Counted from the stretch's first letter, positions 15,986 to 25,117 are shown. The stretch is DNA of 64,000 nucleotides from Candidatus Woesearchaeota archaeon (GCA_018657385.1 JABHXF010000029.1:4214-68213); one strand, 5' to 3'. Program-made: numbers and translations. Notes: generated by a model from the sequence alone, not told the origin.

Positions 15986-17776
15986 TTATTCTTTAAATAA
16001 TACTTCAACCATTGCAGCAAACGCTGGTCTTGTTACAAATACACCAAATGAAACACCTGCAATTGTTGTTAACGCAAATCCTTTTAATAATCCTGCACCT
16101 GCACTTAATAGAGGAATCATTGCAACAACTGTTGTAAAATATGCAGCCATAATAATAAAGAATGCTCTTTTTAATTTTTCTTTCCAGTTCAGATGTATTG
16201 AACCTTTGTCATGCATTGTTTCGTCTGCAATAACTATTTGATCGTCTACACCTGTACCAACAGCAACAATGATAGCTGCAATAGCTGCTAAATCAAGTTG
16301 CCAATTAACTAAAGTAGCAAAACCTAAGATTAAAATAACTTCACCAATCATAGCAACTAACATTGGGGCTGCTATCTTTGCTTTTCTATATCTTATTGAA
16401 ACAACAGCAACAACTGCTAGAATTGCAAATAAACCTACCCAAATAGCATTCTTAACAAATTCTTTTCCTAAGATAGGTGAAATAGTATCAATTTTTACAA
16501 TATCTAATTTAACAGGTAAACTTCCAGTAATAAGGATTGTTTGTAATCTCTTCATATTTTTTGCTGTATCTAATACAGCTTCTTGTCTTGTTTTACCTGC
16601 ACCTGGACCAGAAATAGAAATTTGTGTTTCTGCTTTTCCTTTAAGACTATCTCCAATTCTTAATGTGTCAACTAATTCATCATCTAAATATAAATCTAAA
16701 CTTTCACTTAAATAACCTTCTCCATTTTCTTGGATAATATCCATGTCTTTAGTTGTATCAGCTTGTCTTTGAGCAGATTCAGGACTTAATACAATAGAAA
16801 ATGCAAATGAACATTGAATTAAATCTTGACCTACGCTTCCACAAGGTCTTCTTGGATCAATAACAAAACTACAATCAGGTGTTCTACATACACTTTTTAC
16901 ATCTTCGCCACCTTTGAAAATTGTTGTATTACCTATTTTTGCTTCAAACTTACCTTGACCACTAATTAATTCTTTAACATCATCTTCGTTTGCTCCTGCA
17001 ACTTCTACAATAATATATTTGTTGCCAGAAATAAAGTCACCTGCTTCCCTAACTATAATATCACTTAAACCATAAACATTTAATCTTTGTTTTAAGTTGC
17101 TAATAACAATATCCATATCTTCTTCTGAAATCTCTTCAGCAGGCTGTAATAAAACTCTTGTTCCACCTTCTAAATCTAAACCTTTCTTAAGGTTAGTTGT
17201 AGGTGCATCATAAACTGTTAATCCTATATCTTCAACACCAATTATTTCTTCTTTTGTTTTTTGGACTGTTTTAGTTACTTCTACAATTTCTTCATTTGTA
17301 ATAATACTACCATTATCTAATGTTTCATTTACTTCAATTGTCTCATTAATAGTTATTTCTTCTGTTCCTTCTAATTGAATTATATTAATTAGTGGATTTA
17401 TAGTTAATGTATAATCTTTTTTGTGTTTAAGGAATGAGAATCTTCTTTCATTTTCTCCAATTCTTTCATAATTACTTAATGTTTGGATAGAGACAATATC
17501 ATCAGTTTCTAATGTATTAATTATTGCTTCATAATCACTTATACTATTAACCTTTTTTCCGTTTATATGGGTAATAATCTCCCTAGACATTGGCTTATCT
17601 CTTGGTAAAGGACTTTCAAAACCTGCAAGGTTAGCAGCACTATCTTTTTTTACACTTCTAACTGCAACACCATCATTCCAAGGATTAGGATGAATAGAAA
17701 TAAGAGCAAAAACTAATAAGATTACTAATAATATGACTCTTCCTTTAGTAAATATTTTTTTAATTTGTTGTGACAT
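15986..17776 (-). CDS. secD: Protein-export membrane protein SecD with a PDZ-like insert
   Basis: The C-terminal 6-TM SecD/SecF core reads GTGVDDQIVIADE. A large extracytoplasmic loop is present. The N-terminal part (SVKKDSAANLAGF...ITHINGKKVNSISDYEAIINTLETDDIVSIQT) looks PDZ-like. Confidence 0.8.
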   Translation of the reverse strand: MSQQIKKIFTKGRVILLVILLVFALISIHPNPWNDGVAVRSVKKDSAANLAGFESPLPRDKPMSREIITHINGKKVNSISDYEAIINTLETDDIVSIQTLSNYERIGENERRFSFLKHKKDYTLTINPLINIIQLEGTEEITINETIEVNETLDNGSIITNEEIVEVTKTVQKTKEEIIGVEDIGLTVYDAPTTNLKKGLDLEGGTRVLLQPAEEISEEDMDIVISNLKQRLNVYGLSDIIVREAGDFISGNKYIIVEVAGANEDDVKELISGQGKFEAKIGNTTIFKGGEDVKSVCRTPDCSFVIDPRRPCGSVGQDLIQCSFAFSIVLSPESAQRQADTTKDMDIIQENGEGYLSESLDLYLDDELVDTLRIGDSLKGKAETQISISGPGAGKTRQEAVLDTAKNMKRLQTILITGSLPVKLDIVKIDTISPILGKEFVKNAIWVGLFAILAVVAVVSIRYRKAKIAAPMLVAMIGEVILILGFATLVNWQLDLAAIAAIIVAVGTGVDDQIVIADETMHDKGSIHLNWKEKLKRAFFIIMAAYFTTVVAMIPLLSAGAGLLKGFALTTIAGVSFGVFVTRPAFAAMVEVLFKE

Positions 17777-18686
17777 CTTTCTTTGCCTTTTTTTCTTTAT
17801 GTTCCATATATAATCTTAATATTCCAACGTTTTGGATCCATGTATTAATACTATCAACAATTAGACCAATTAGTAATATAGTCATAATTTGAGTAATAAT
17901 CTCAGATTGTGAAATGATTAATGCAACAATAACAGCTGCTAATGTTGTTAAGTTCATTGTTAAACCTGTTTTAATTGAACTAAATATACGATCCATATAA
18001 TGACCTTCTTTTCTTTTCAATACTCTAACTGTTAACAAAATATCTGTATCAACACTATAACCAATTAATAATAAGAATGCTACAATTCCTGCTGTTCCTA
18101 ACTTAATACCCATAAGATTAACAATTGCTAATGTAATAACCATATCACTAAATGCAGCTAACATTACAGCTAAACTTGGTACTATTGTTCTAAAGTATAA
18201 GAAAACAACAATCCCCATAAATACAAATGCTAATAATAATGCAAATATTATGTCTTTAAAAAAACTTTTTCCCAAAGCAGAACCAGTAATCTCAACATTA
18301 AAATTACTACTTTCAACACCTAATATCTCTTCTAAATAATTAACAAACTCATCTGTTAGGTCTTTTTCAGAAATACTTGCTTCAATAATGATGGCAATTT
18401 GTTTTCCTGCATCTGTAATCTGTTTAACATTAATATCATAATCACTATAATCTTTTTTAATAGTCCTTTCTAATTCTTCTGGTACAAAAACATTATCAAG
18501 TACTTCACTAGGTATTGTAGCTACTAAACCACCTTTTAATGAAACACCCTTATTAAGAAAATCCCCTGTTGTGGAATTTTGATAACCTATTTGTAATAAA
18601 GCTAAAACAAGCAATAAAATTGGAATAATCAATAGCTTTTTATAGTGTTTTATATAAAATTCCTTAATACTATCTAATTTACTCAT
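17760..18686 (-). CDS. secF: Protein-export membrane protein SecF
   Basis: SecD/SecF family C-terminal TM bundle (IGYSVDTDILLTVRVLKR). Overlaps secD by 17 nt. The secF-secD order is typical of archaea. Confidence 0.85.
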   Translation of the reverse strand: MSKLDSIKEFYIKHYKKLLIIPILLLVLALLQIGYQNSTTGDFLNKGVSLKGGLVATIPSEVLDNVFVPEELERTIKKDYSDYDINVKQITDAGKQIAIIIEASISEKDLTDEFVNYLEEILGVESSNFNVEITGSALGKSFFKDIIFALLLAFVFMGIVVFLYFRTIVPSLAVMLAAFSDMVITLAIVNLMGIKLGTAGIVAFLLLIGYSVDTDILLTVRVLKRKEGHYMDRIFSSIKTGLTMNLTTLAAVIVALIISQSEIITQIMTILLIGLIVDSINTWIQNVGILRLYMEHKEKKAKKDVTTN

Positions 18687-18771
18687 ACACTTGCAAGAAT
18701 AATAATCTATTTATATAGTTTATTGTTAACATATATAAAAGAACAAGTAATTCATATGAAATGTACATAAA

Positions 18772-19578
18772 ATGGTAAAGAAAAACATTAAGAAAAACAT
18801 TAAAAATACAACAGAAAAAGCAAATACTTCAAAGAAGTTAGCTAATAAACCTAAAAGTACTAGTATTAAAAAGCCTAAAAGATCTGTCCAAATTAGATTA
18901 ATAGGTACATCACATATTGCTAAACAATCTATTGAAGAAGTTAAGACTAATATTAATAAGTTTAAACCTGATATTGTTGCAGTTGAACTAGATAAAGGAA
19001 GATTACAGGCATTATTAACAAAGCAAAAATCTAAAACACCATTTTGGTTAATATTTAGGATAGGAGTTGTTGGCTATGTATTTGCAAAGCTTGGAAGCTG
19101 GGGTTCAAAGAAACTAGGGAAAGTAGTTGGAGTTGAGCCAGGGGAAGAAATGCTAACAGCAATAAAATTAGCTAGGCAAAAGAATATTAAACTAGCCTTA
19201 ATAGACCAACCAATTGAAATTACTTTAAGACGATTTTCTGCTAAAATAACATTTAGAGAAAAGTTGAGATTTATTGGGGATATATTCAAATCTATTATAT
19301 TTAGGAAAAAAGCTGCAGAAGAACTTGGCATAGACATAAATAATTTTGATTTAAGTAAAGTGCCTTCTAATGAACTTATTAAAAAATTAGTTAAAGTGAT
19401 GAAAGGTAAATATCCTAATGCTTATTCTGTATTAGTTGATGAACGTAATAAAGTAATGGCTTTTAATTTATTGAATTTAGCTAAAAAATATGATAATATC
19501 TTAGCTGTTGTTGGAGCAGGTCATTTAGAAGGTATGAAAGTAGAAATGGATAAAATGGCTAAGAATAAAAATAAATAA
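18772..19578 (+). CDS. TraB/PrgY-family protein
   Basis: IRLIGTSHIAKQSIEEV...PDIVAVELD...AVVGAGHLEG matches the TraB family pattern (GTAHVS...VELD...GAGH). Confidence 0.75.
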   Translation: MVKKNIKKNIKNTTEKANTSKKLANKPKSTSIKKPKRSVQIRLIGTSHIAKQSIEEVKTNINKFKPDIVAVELDKGRLQALLTKQKSKTPFWLIFRIGVVGYVFAKLGSWGSKKLGKVVGVEPGEEMLTAIKLARQKNIKLALIDQPIEITLRRFSAKITFREKLRFIGDIFKSIIFRKKAAEELGIDINNFDLSKVPSNELIKKLVKVMKGKYPNAYSVLVDERNKVMAFNLLNLAKKYDNILAVVGAGHLEGMKVEMDKMAKNKNK

Positions 19579-19643
19579 TAGTATTATGAATTTGTTCTAA
19601 GAAAAATTAATGAAATCTTAAATCTTATTGTTATGCTGATTTA

Positions 19644-21155
19644 TCAATTTGGTATAAACACCCTAAACACTGTACCTTTTTCTAATTCAGATTCAACACC
19701 AATTGTACCTTTATGTAGTTCAACAATCTTTTTGACAATTGCTAATCCTAATCCCGTTCCTCCTTTTTCTCGTGTCATATAGTCCTCTGCTTGATAGAAT
19801 TTGTCAAATAAGTATGGTAACTTGCTTTTGTTTATTCCTATCCCTGTGTCTGTTACTGCAAGCTCAATTCCTTGTTCATCTTGTTCTGCATTAAAGGTAA
19901 TGCTACCTTTATTAGTAAATTTTAATGCATTAGAAAAAAGATTAATAATTACTTGCTTGAATAGGTTTTCATCAATATTAACCTTCATTGATCTTGGGAT
20001 ATTATTAATTACCCTGATTTTTTTCTTCTTAGCCATTTCATGGTAAATTGTTTTGTTAATTAATTCATGTAATTTTACTTCTTTTATATGTAATTCTTGT
20101 TTTTTTGCTTCTAATTTTGCAAGACTAAGAATATCATTGATTAAATTATTAAGTCTATCAGATTCATTACCTATTAATTTAATTGGTGATTTTTGTTTTG
20201 CTTTTAGCTTTCCAAATTCACCATCTCTTAACAAAGATAAATATAATTTAATATTTGTTAATGGTGTTCTTAACTCATGACTTACAGTACTTACAAATTC
20301 GTCTTTTAATTCTGATATCTCTTTTTGTTGTTCATATTTTTGTTGTGTTCTTGATAATTTTTCACGTAATGTTGCTTTATCCACTAGTTTGAAATATACT
20401 ACTCTTATAAAAAATAACATTGATAATAATGGGAATGGCAGAGCAAATATAATTAAGATTGTACTACTAGAGTTATAAAATAAATAATTCAATATGTTAA
20501 AAATAGGTGCAGCTAAGAAAAGCATAAAAGCAACTATGATGGAATTTGCATATCTTCCAATGATTTTTCTGTTCTTTGGATTGTTAATGGCAATTATGGG
20601 GTAAGAAAATATGGTTAATTTTAGGACCTCAAACATAAGGTAAGCAAGTGATTGGTCAAAAATAATAAACTTATGAACATTAACCCAATAAAATTGAGCA
20701 ATTGTAGCAATTATTAAAAAACCAACAACTTTAAGATACATTGCATTCTCAAATCTCTTTGCAGTTCTTTTAGACTTTTTGAATAATGGAAACAAAAAGG
20801 CATTTGTTACAAATATTAAAGCAATGATTTCTAATACATTATCTATTATTGGTAAGAAAACATCAACATTTGGTGCAGATATATTCATGAAAACAATATA
20901 AGAATAAGCAATTGTAATAATAAAACGACCAATCATCAAACTAAAAAACCCTAATATTAAATAAGCAAGCTCTCTTCTATGTATTCTTCTGAACTCACTA
21001 ATTAACATATAAGAAACAACAGTATAAATTATGAACTCAATTAAATTTTTTAATAATTCACCATTAATTGTTCCAAGAAAAGAAAATATTTTGAAAAATA
21101 ATTGGATTGATAATACTAAAAATGTATCTATAGTTGGAAAAAGTAGTTCATTCAT
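19644..21155 (-). CDS. Sensor histidine kinase with a polytopic N-terminal membrane domain
   Basis: H-box FVSTVSHELRTPLTNI, N-box NLFSNALKFT, G-boxes DTGIGI and GGTGLGLAIV. About 8 predicted TM helices precede the kinase core. Confidence 0.85.
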   Translation of the reverse strand: MNELLFPTIDTFLVLSIQLFFKIFSFLGTINGELLKNLIEFIIYTVVSYMLISEFRRIHRRELAYLILGFFSLMIGRFIITIAYSYIVFMNISAPNVDVFLPIIDNVLEIIALIFVTNAFLFPLFKKSKRTAKRFENAMYLKVVGFLIIATIAQFYWVNVHKFIIFDQSLAYLMFEVLKLTIFSYPIIAINNPKNRKIIGRYANSIIVAFMLFLAAPIFNILNYLFYNSSSTILIIFALPFPLLSMLFFIRVVYFKLVDKATLREKLSRTQQKYEQQKEISELKDEFVSTVSHELRTPLTNIKLYLSLLRDGEFGKLKAKQKSPIKLIGNESDRLNNLINDILSLAKLEAKKQELHIKEVKLHELINKTIYHEMAKKKKIRVINNIPRSMKVNIDENLFKQVIINLFSNALKFTNKGSITFNAEQDEQGIELAVTDTGIGINKSKLPYLFDKFYQAEDYMTREKGGTGLGLAIVKKIVELHKGTIGVESELEKGTVFRVFIPN

Positions 21156-21220
21156 TTTATTACTATGCTCTATCTTCTCTATTGTACTTTATTGAATTTA
21201 AGACTTATTACAAATTTTAA

Positions 21221-21595
21221 TTATTCATTATTCTTGTTCAAAACTTGATTAACAACATGTTTTAACTCAGTACCTTCAAATGGTTTCATGATATAATCAT
21301 CTGCACCAATATCAAGACCTTGGATCTCATCTTTATTTTCATTTTTTGCTGTAACCATAATTACTTTTGTTTCTACAAGCTCAGGATCTTCTTTAATCTT
21401 CTTACAAACTTCGTATCCATGTAATTTTGGCAGCATTAAATCAAGAATAACTAAATCTGGTTTAACTTCTTTAACTAATGCATGGCCTGTCTCACCATCA
21501 TGTGCTAAATGCACATTAAAGTCTTTTTGTAGAATTAAAGCTTCTGCCTTTGCAATATTTATATCATCTTCAACAATTACTATTGATTTTTTCAT
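21221..21595 (-). CDS. Single-domain response regulator (CheY-like receiver)
   Basis: IVEDD, PDLVILDLMLP (phospho-acceptor Asp) and VIMVTAK...KPF. No output domain is present. Confidence 0.9.
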   Translation of the reverse strand: MKKSIVIVEDDINIAKAEALILQKDFNVHLAHDGETGHALVKEVKPDLVILDLMLPKLHGYEVCKKIKEDPELVETKVIMVTAKNENKDEIQGLDIGADDYIMKPFEGTELKHVVNQVLNKNNE

Positions 21596-21622
21596 GTTAA
21601 CACCTTTTTTAATTGATTTGAA

Positions 21623-21679
21623 ATGTTTGAAGGGCTTAATTGTTTGAAGTTTAATTTATATTTTGAACCCTTTAAACAT
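21623..21679. promoter_or_regulatory. Inverted repeat ATGTTTGAAGGG / CCCTTTAAACAT with additional TGTTTGAAG words, upstream of the response-regulator gene
   Basis: 12-bp arms with one G.T position. TGTTTGAAG occurs at 21624-32 and 21641-49, and in inverted, slightly degenerate form at 21668-79 and 21687-98. Confidence 0.45.
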
Positions 21680-21724
21680 ATATTCTTCCAAACATTCTTT
21701 TTATATGTTATGGAATCTAAATCT

Positions 21725-22513
21725 TTATGATTTTAGTTCTATTAGATTAAGATAGTAAACTTTGTTAAACAAATGGCAGAAGTATAATATGGCACCACCA
21801 ATTATTGTAATTGTAGCAGTATAAATTTGTAATATAGTTGTGTTTAAACTAAGCTTAAATACAATTAATGTAACAATTACACTTATTGTTGACATAATGA
21901 CTAGGTAAATAAAGAATATAACAGCAGAGCTAATTAATGGTTTATAAGATTGATATTCTGAAAGTGCTTTCCATGCATAATCTAATGCATGTTTGAACTT
22001 TCTATTCTTTGCAAAGTTAATATGGGCAAAATTAAGAAATGTGTATACGAAAACTACTATAATTCCTATAATTAATCCTAATGTTTTTTTAGAGTAATCT
22101 TCCTTGATTGTAAATAATATGATTCCAGCAATAAGTAAACTTATAATTAATGTTGTTAAATAAATTAAAAAGTTTATTCCTGTAAATTCTTTTAAATGTT
22201 TCCATTCAAATGCTTTTTTATCTTTGTAACTAAATAATATCTCCAATATTTTTTTTCTTGCAACAGAATATAAAATAATGATTGCAATAAGATTAAATAA
22301 TGTAATAAATAATACTAATGCTATTGATGTTACTTTTAATGTGTTAAATAGTAAGCCAATTAATCCGTTTAAAATTAGTAAACATGCAATTAAAATTAAG
22401 TCAGTTATTATGAAAAATAATATTTTTTGTGGTTTGGAGAAAAATAACTTTAATGAATTAAAAAAAATTGTTGATTTAAAATAATTATTCCCTTTTTTGA
22501 ATATGTTTACCAT
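21725..22513 (-). CDS. Hypothetical polytopic membrane protein
   Basis: 262 aa with about 6 hydrophobic helices and no recognisable motif. Confidence 0.6.
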   Translation of the reverse strand: MVNIFKKGNNYFKSTIFFNSLKLFFSKPQKILFFIITDLILIACLLILNGLIGLLFNTLKVTSIALVLFITLFNLIAIIILYSVARKKILEILFSYKDKKAFEWKHLKEFTGINFLIYLTTLIISLLIAGIILFTIKEDYSKKTLGLIIGIIVVFVYTFLNFAHINFAKNRKFKHALDYAWKALSEYQSYKPLISSAVIFFIYLVIMSTISVIVTLIVFKLSLNTTILQIYTATITIIGGAILYFCHLFNKVYYLNLIELKS

Positions 22514-22610
22514 GATTTACATATAAAACTAAACATGATATAAAAAGTTAATGGTATAATGTATATAAATAGCTATTTTGTGTAAGTCATACTGGTAGCA
22601 TATGTGTATT

Positions 22611-22680
22611 ATCTTGAATAATTTTGAGTAATCTCGAGTAATCTTGAATTATCTTGAATAATCTAAAATAATGTAAAAAT
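22611..22680. repeat. Seven tandem 10-bp phased repeats (consensus ATCTTGAATA) in a divergent promoter region
   Basis: ATCTTGAATA ATTTTGAGTA ATCTCGAGTA ATCTTGAATT ATCTTGAATA ATCTAAAATA ATGTAAAAAT, in exact 10-bp register. Confidence 0.8.
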
Positions 22681-22710
22681 TAATATATGTATGTGTATTT
22701 TTATGTAATT

Positions 22711-22995
22711 ATGACAGAAATCAAGAAAACAGATGTTTTCACATTAAATCCTTGTGATACTGATAAGAGTTGCAAAGCAAAACTTAATAAAAGACAGAAG
22801 CTTGATTTAGGTAAGATAAAAGAAAAGTTTAAAGTAACTAGTGATGCTGGTATCGCATTAGTATTAGAAATTGAACATATTGAAGTAATAGTTCATGGTT
22901 TTGGTGATTTAGTATTTAAAGTAGGGAAATTAAAAATAAGCAAGAGTAAATTAAAAGAATTAGCAAAAAAAATATATGGGATTGGATTAAAATGA
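22711..22995 (+). CDS. Hypothetical small protein translationally coupled to cysS
   Basis: ORF of about 94 aa counted from MTEIKK (the listed alternative start is 22687). Its stop overlaps the cysS ATG (ATGA at 22992). No motif recognised. Confidence 0.5.
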   Translation: MTEIKKTDVFTLNPCDTDKSCKAKLNKRQKLDLGKIKEKFKVTSDAGIALVLEIEHIEVIVHGFGDLVFKVGKLKISKSKLKELAKKIYGIGLK

Positions 22996-24398
22996 CATTA
23001 AAATTTTATAATACCTTTTCAAGGAAAAAAGATGTATTTAAACCTGTTAAAAAAGGAGAAGTAAGTCTTTATTCATGTGGTCCAACGGTTTATCATTATG
23101 CCCATGTTGGGAATTTTAGAGCATTTATGTTTTCTGATATCTTAAAGAGATATTTAATATTTAAGGGATTTAAAATAAAACATGTTATGAATATTACTGA
23201 TGTTGATGATAAAACAATTAGGGATTCTCAAAAAGAAGGAAAAACACTTAAAAAATTCACAGAATTCTATACTAAAGCATTTTTAGATGATTTAATTGTT
23301 CTTAATATTATTCCTGCTGATATTATGCCTAAAGCAACTGATTGTATTCCTGACATGATTAAATTAATTCATAAATTGCTTGCAAAGGATGTTGCTTACA
23401 AAGCAAAAGATGGGATTTATTTTAATATTAATAAATTTAAAAATTATGGGGAACTTTCAAAAATAGATTTAACCAAGACTAAAAAAGTTTCTAGAATTAG
23501 CACAGATGAATATGATAAAACTAATCCTAATGATTTTGCACTATGGAAGTTTTGGAGTAAAGAAGATGGAAATGTTTCTTGGGATGCTGATTTTGGTAAG
23601 GGAAGACCAGGATGGCATATAGAATGTTCAGCAATGTCATCTAAAAATTTAGGGGATAGTTTTGATATTCATACTGGTGGGGTTGATCTAATATTTCCTC
23701 ATCATGAAAATGAGATTGCACAATCTGAAGCAGCCTCTGGTAAGAAATTTGTTAAGTATTGGTTGCATAATGAATATATTCTTGTAGATGGGAAAAAGAT
23801 GAGCAAAAGTTTGGGGAATTTCTACACTTTAAGAGATATATTGAATAAAGGGTATTCAGCTAAAGCAATTAGGTATGTATTATTGGCAACACATTATCGT
23901 CAACAATTAAACTTTACTTTAGATGGTGTGGGGAGTGCTGAAAATAGTATTGATCGTCTTAAAGAGTTTACCGAAAAGCTTAGGCGAAAAGTAAAGGGTA
24001 AAGGAAGTTCTAAAGGGAAAGGACATGAAGGTACAGATGATTTAATTGAATTAACAAGAAAATCTTTTGAAAAAGCAATGGATGACGACTTGAATATTTC
24101 AGAAGGCCTGGGTGTGTTTTTTGAATTTGTAAAAGAAGTTAATAAAATCATGGATATTATTAGTAAGAAAGATGCAAAAGCTCTTCTTAATTTTTCAGAT
24201 CAGATTGATTCTATTTTTGGATTAATGCATTTTGAGGACGATAAGATTCCAAATAGTGTAATTAAGATTGCAGAACAAAGACAAAAAGCAAGAGCTGAAA
24301 AAGACTTTAAAAAAGCAGATGAGTTTAGAGATAAACTTAAAGAAAAAGGTTATGAAGTTAAAGATACTAAAGATGGATTTGTTCTTAAGGTTATATGA
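22992..24398 (+). CDS. cysS: Cysteine--tRNA ligase
   Basis: Class I motifs CGPTVYHYAHVGNFR (HIGH variant) and KMSKSLGN, with WHIECS as the zinc/cysteine-binding region. Confidence 0.95.
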   Translation: MTLKFYNTFSRKKDVFKPVKKGEVSLYSCGPTVYHYAHVGNFRAFMFSDILKRYLIFKGFKIKHVMNITDVDDKTIRDSQKEGKTLKKFTEFYTKAFLDDLIVLNIIPADIMPKATDCIPDMIKLIHKLLAKDVAYKAKDGIYFNINKFKNYGELSKIDLTKTKKVSRISTDEYDKTNPNDFALWKFWSKEDGNVSWDADFGKGRPGWHIECSAMSSKNLGDSFDIHTGGVDLIFPHHENEIAQSEAASGKKFVKYWLHNEYILVDGKKMSKSLGNFYTLRDILNKGYSAKAIRYVLLATHYRQQLNFTLDGVGSAENSIDRLKEFTEKLRRKVKGKGSSKGKGHEGTDDLIELTRKSFEKAMDDDLNISEGLGVFFEFVKEVNKIMDIISKKDAKALLNFSDQIDSIFGLMHFEDDKIPNSVIKIAEQRQKARAEKDFKKADEFRDKLKEKGYEVKDTKDGFVLKVI

Positions 24399-24476
24399 TT
24401 TTTACTTCTTTTTTACTAGGTCCAGTGGATGTGTTTCTCATGAATTTTTTAATTTAATAAAAGAGACTATATTAAT

Positions 24477-24573
24477 AAAAAAATAATAACAACATAGGCA
24501 CGGACGAACTTTTCTCATTTCATTCGAAAAATCCTACTCGCCTATCGGCTCGCCCGGCCATGTTATTATTTTT
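24477..24573. ncRNA. Conserved GC-rich structured element, copy C of 3
   Basis: AAAAATAATAACAACATAGGCACGGACGAAC-TTTTCTCATTTCATTCGAAAA-ATCCTACTCGCCTATCGGCTCGCCCGGCCATGTTATTATTTTT, in the convergent gap after cysS. Confidence 0.5.
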
Positions 24574-24702
24574 ACTAAAAAACAAATAAAATTATCTAAA
24601 TACAATTCCTTATTCACGTCGAGAAATAATTAGAATTTATTATTTTTAATTAAGAAAAAATAAATAAAAAAGTAAAAAAAAATAAAAAACAAAGTAAAGA
24701 AA

Positions 24703-24909
24703 TTATCTTTTCTTTTTCTTAACAACTTTCTTCTTTGCTTTCTTCTTAACGACTTTTTTCTTCTTAACTGCTTTTTTCTTTGTTGCTTTTTTCTTCTTGC
24801 CGCCTCTATTCATCTGTACCATTGAGATATCTCCTTTCTTATCTACAAAGTAAAGATAGCCGTTTTTTTTCTTAACTCCTACTTTTGCTACTTTAATTAT
24901 TTTTGCCAT
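24703..24909 (-). CDS. Small basic protein with a poly-lysine tail (possible nucleic-acid-binding protein)
   Basis: 68 aa: MAKIIKVAKVGVKKKNGYLYFVDKKGDISMVQMNRGG followed by a K/V/A-rich tail. A GGGGTG Shine-Dalgarno-like motif (24918-24923) lies 8 nt upstream of the ATG, and a TATA-like TTTAAATAG lies about 45 nt upstream. Confidence 0.6.
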   Translation of the reverse strand: MAKIIKVAKVGVKKKNGYLYFVDKKGDISMVQMNRGGKKKKATKKKAVKKKKVVKKKAKKKVVKKKKR

Positions 24910-25093
24910 TTATGATTCACCCCTTTTTAGGTCGATAAGCCTTCCTGGAAAAAACTACTATTTAAATCTTTTGATTTTGACGTGGAGGATTTATGTTGTC
25001 TAGAATATACATTATAATCTTGTTTAATTATGTGATTTTCCTCAAATCTCCTGTAATTAGTTAATATTGTTTAATCTATGTCTTAAATATTTA

Positions 25094-25117
25094 GCTCTGG
25101 CACTTGCGTGCCAGAGC
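25094..25117. other. Perfect 10-bp GC-rich hairpin GCTCTGGCAC-TTGC-GTGCCAGAGC within a 340-nt ORF-free region
   Basis: Base pairing read directly from the sequence. Further nested stems follow: ACTGAAG (25148-54) with CTTCAGT (25194-200), enclosing TAGATCT (25171-77) with AGATCTA (25185-91). Confidence 0.6.

Noticed and set aside
16269-16715. 148-aa plus-strand ORF inside secD. Similar antisense ORFs lie at 19074, 19801, 20053, 22278, 23900, 26826, 27800, 27843, 29058, 32845, 33613, 38878, 40455, 41566, 41886, 44821, 48140 and 54863.
   Set aside because: All lie antisense to, or out of frame within, longer ORFs that have recognisable family motifs. They are typical shadow ORFs.
22611-22680. 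Considered whether the tandem repeats are a CRISPR array.
   Set aside because: The units are 10 bp and contiguous with no spacers. No cas genes and no 25-40-bp repeats occur anywhere in the window.
24531-24560. On the minus strand, the A-C element core GGCGAGUAGGA resembles the HDV ribozyme J4/2-P2 string GGCGAAUGGGA. A k-turn (GA...GA flanking the GCC/GGC mini-hairpin) was also considered.
   Set aside because: The order of helices does not permit the HDV nested double-pseudoknot, because no P1 complement exists. No 3-nt bulge with a complementary C-stem could be drawn for a k-turn. The resemblance is treated as coincidental.
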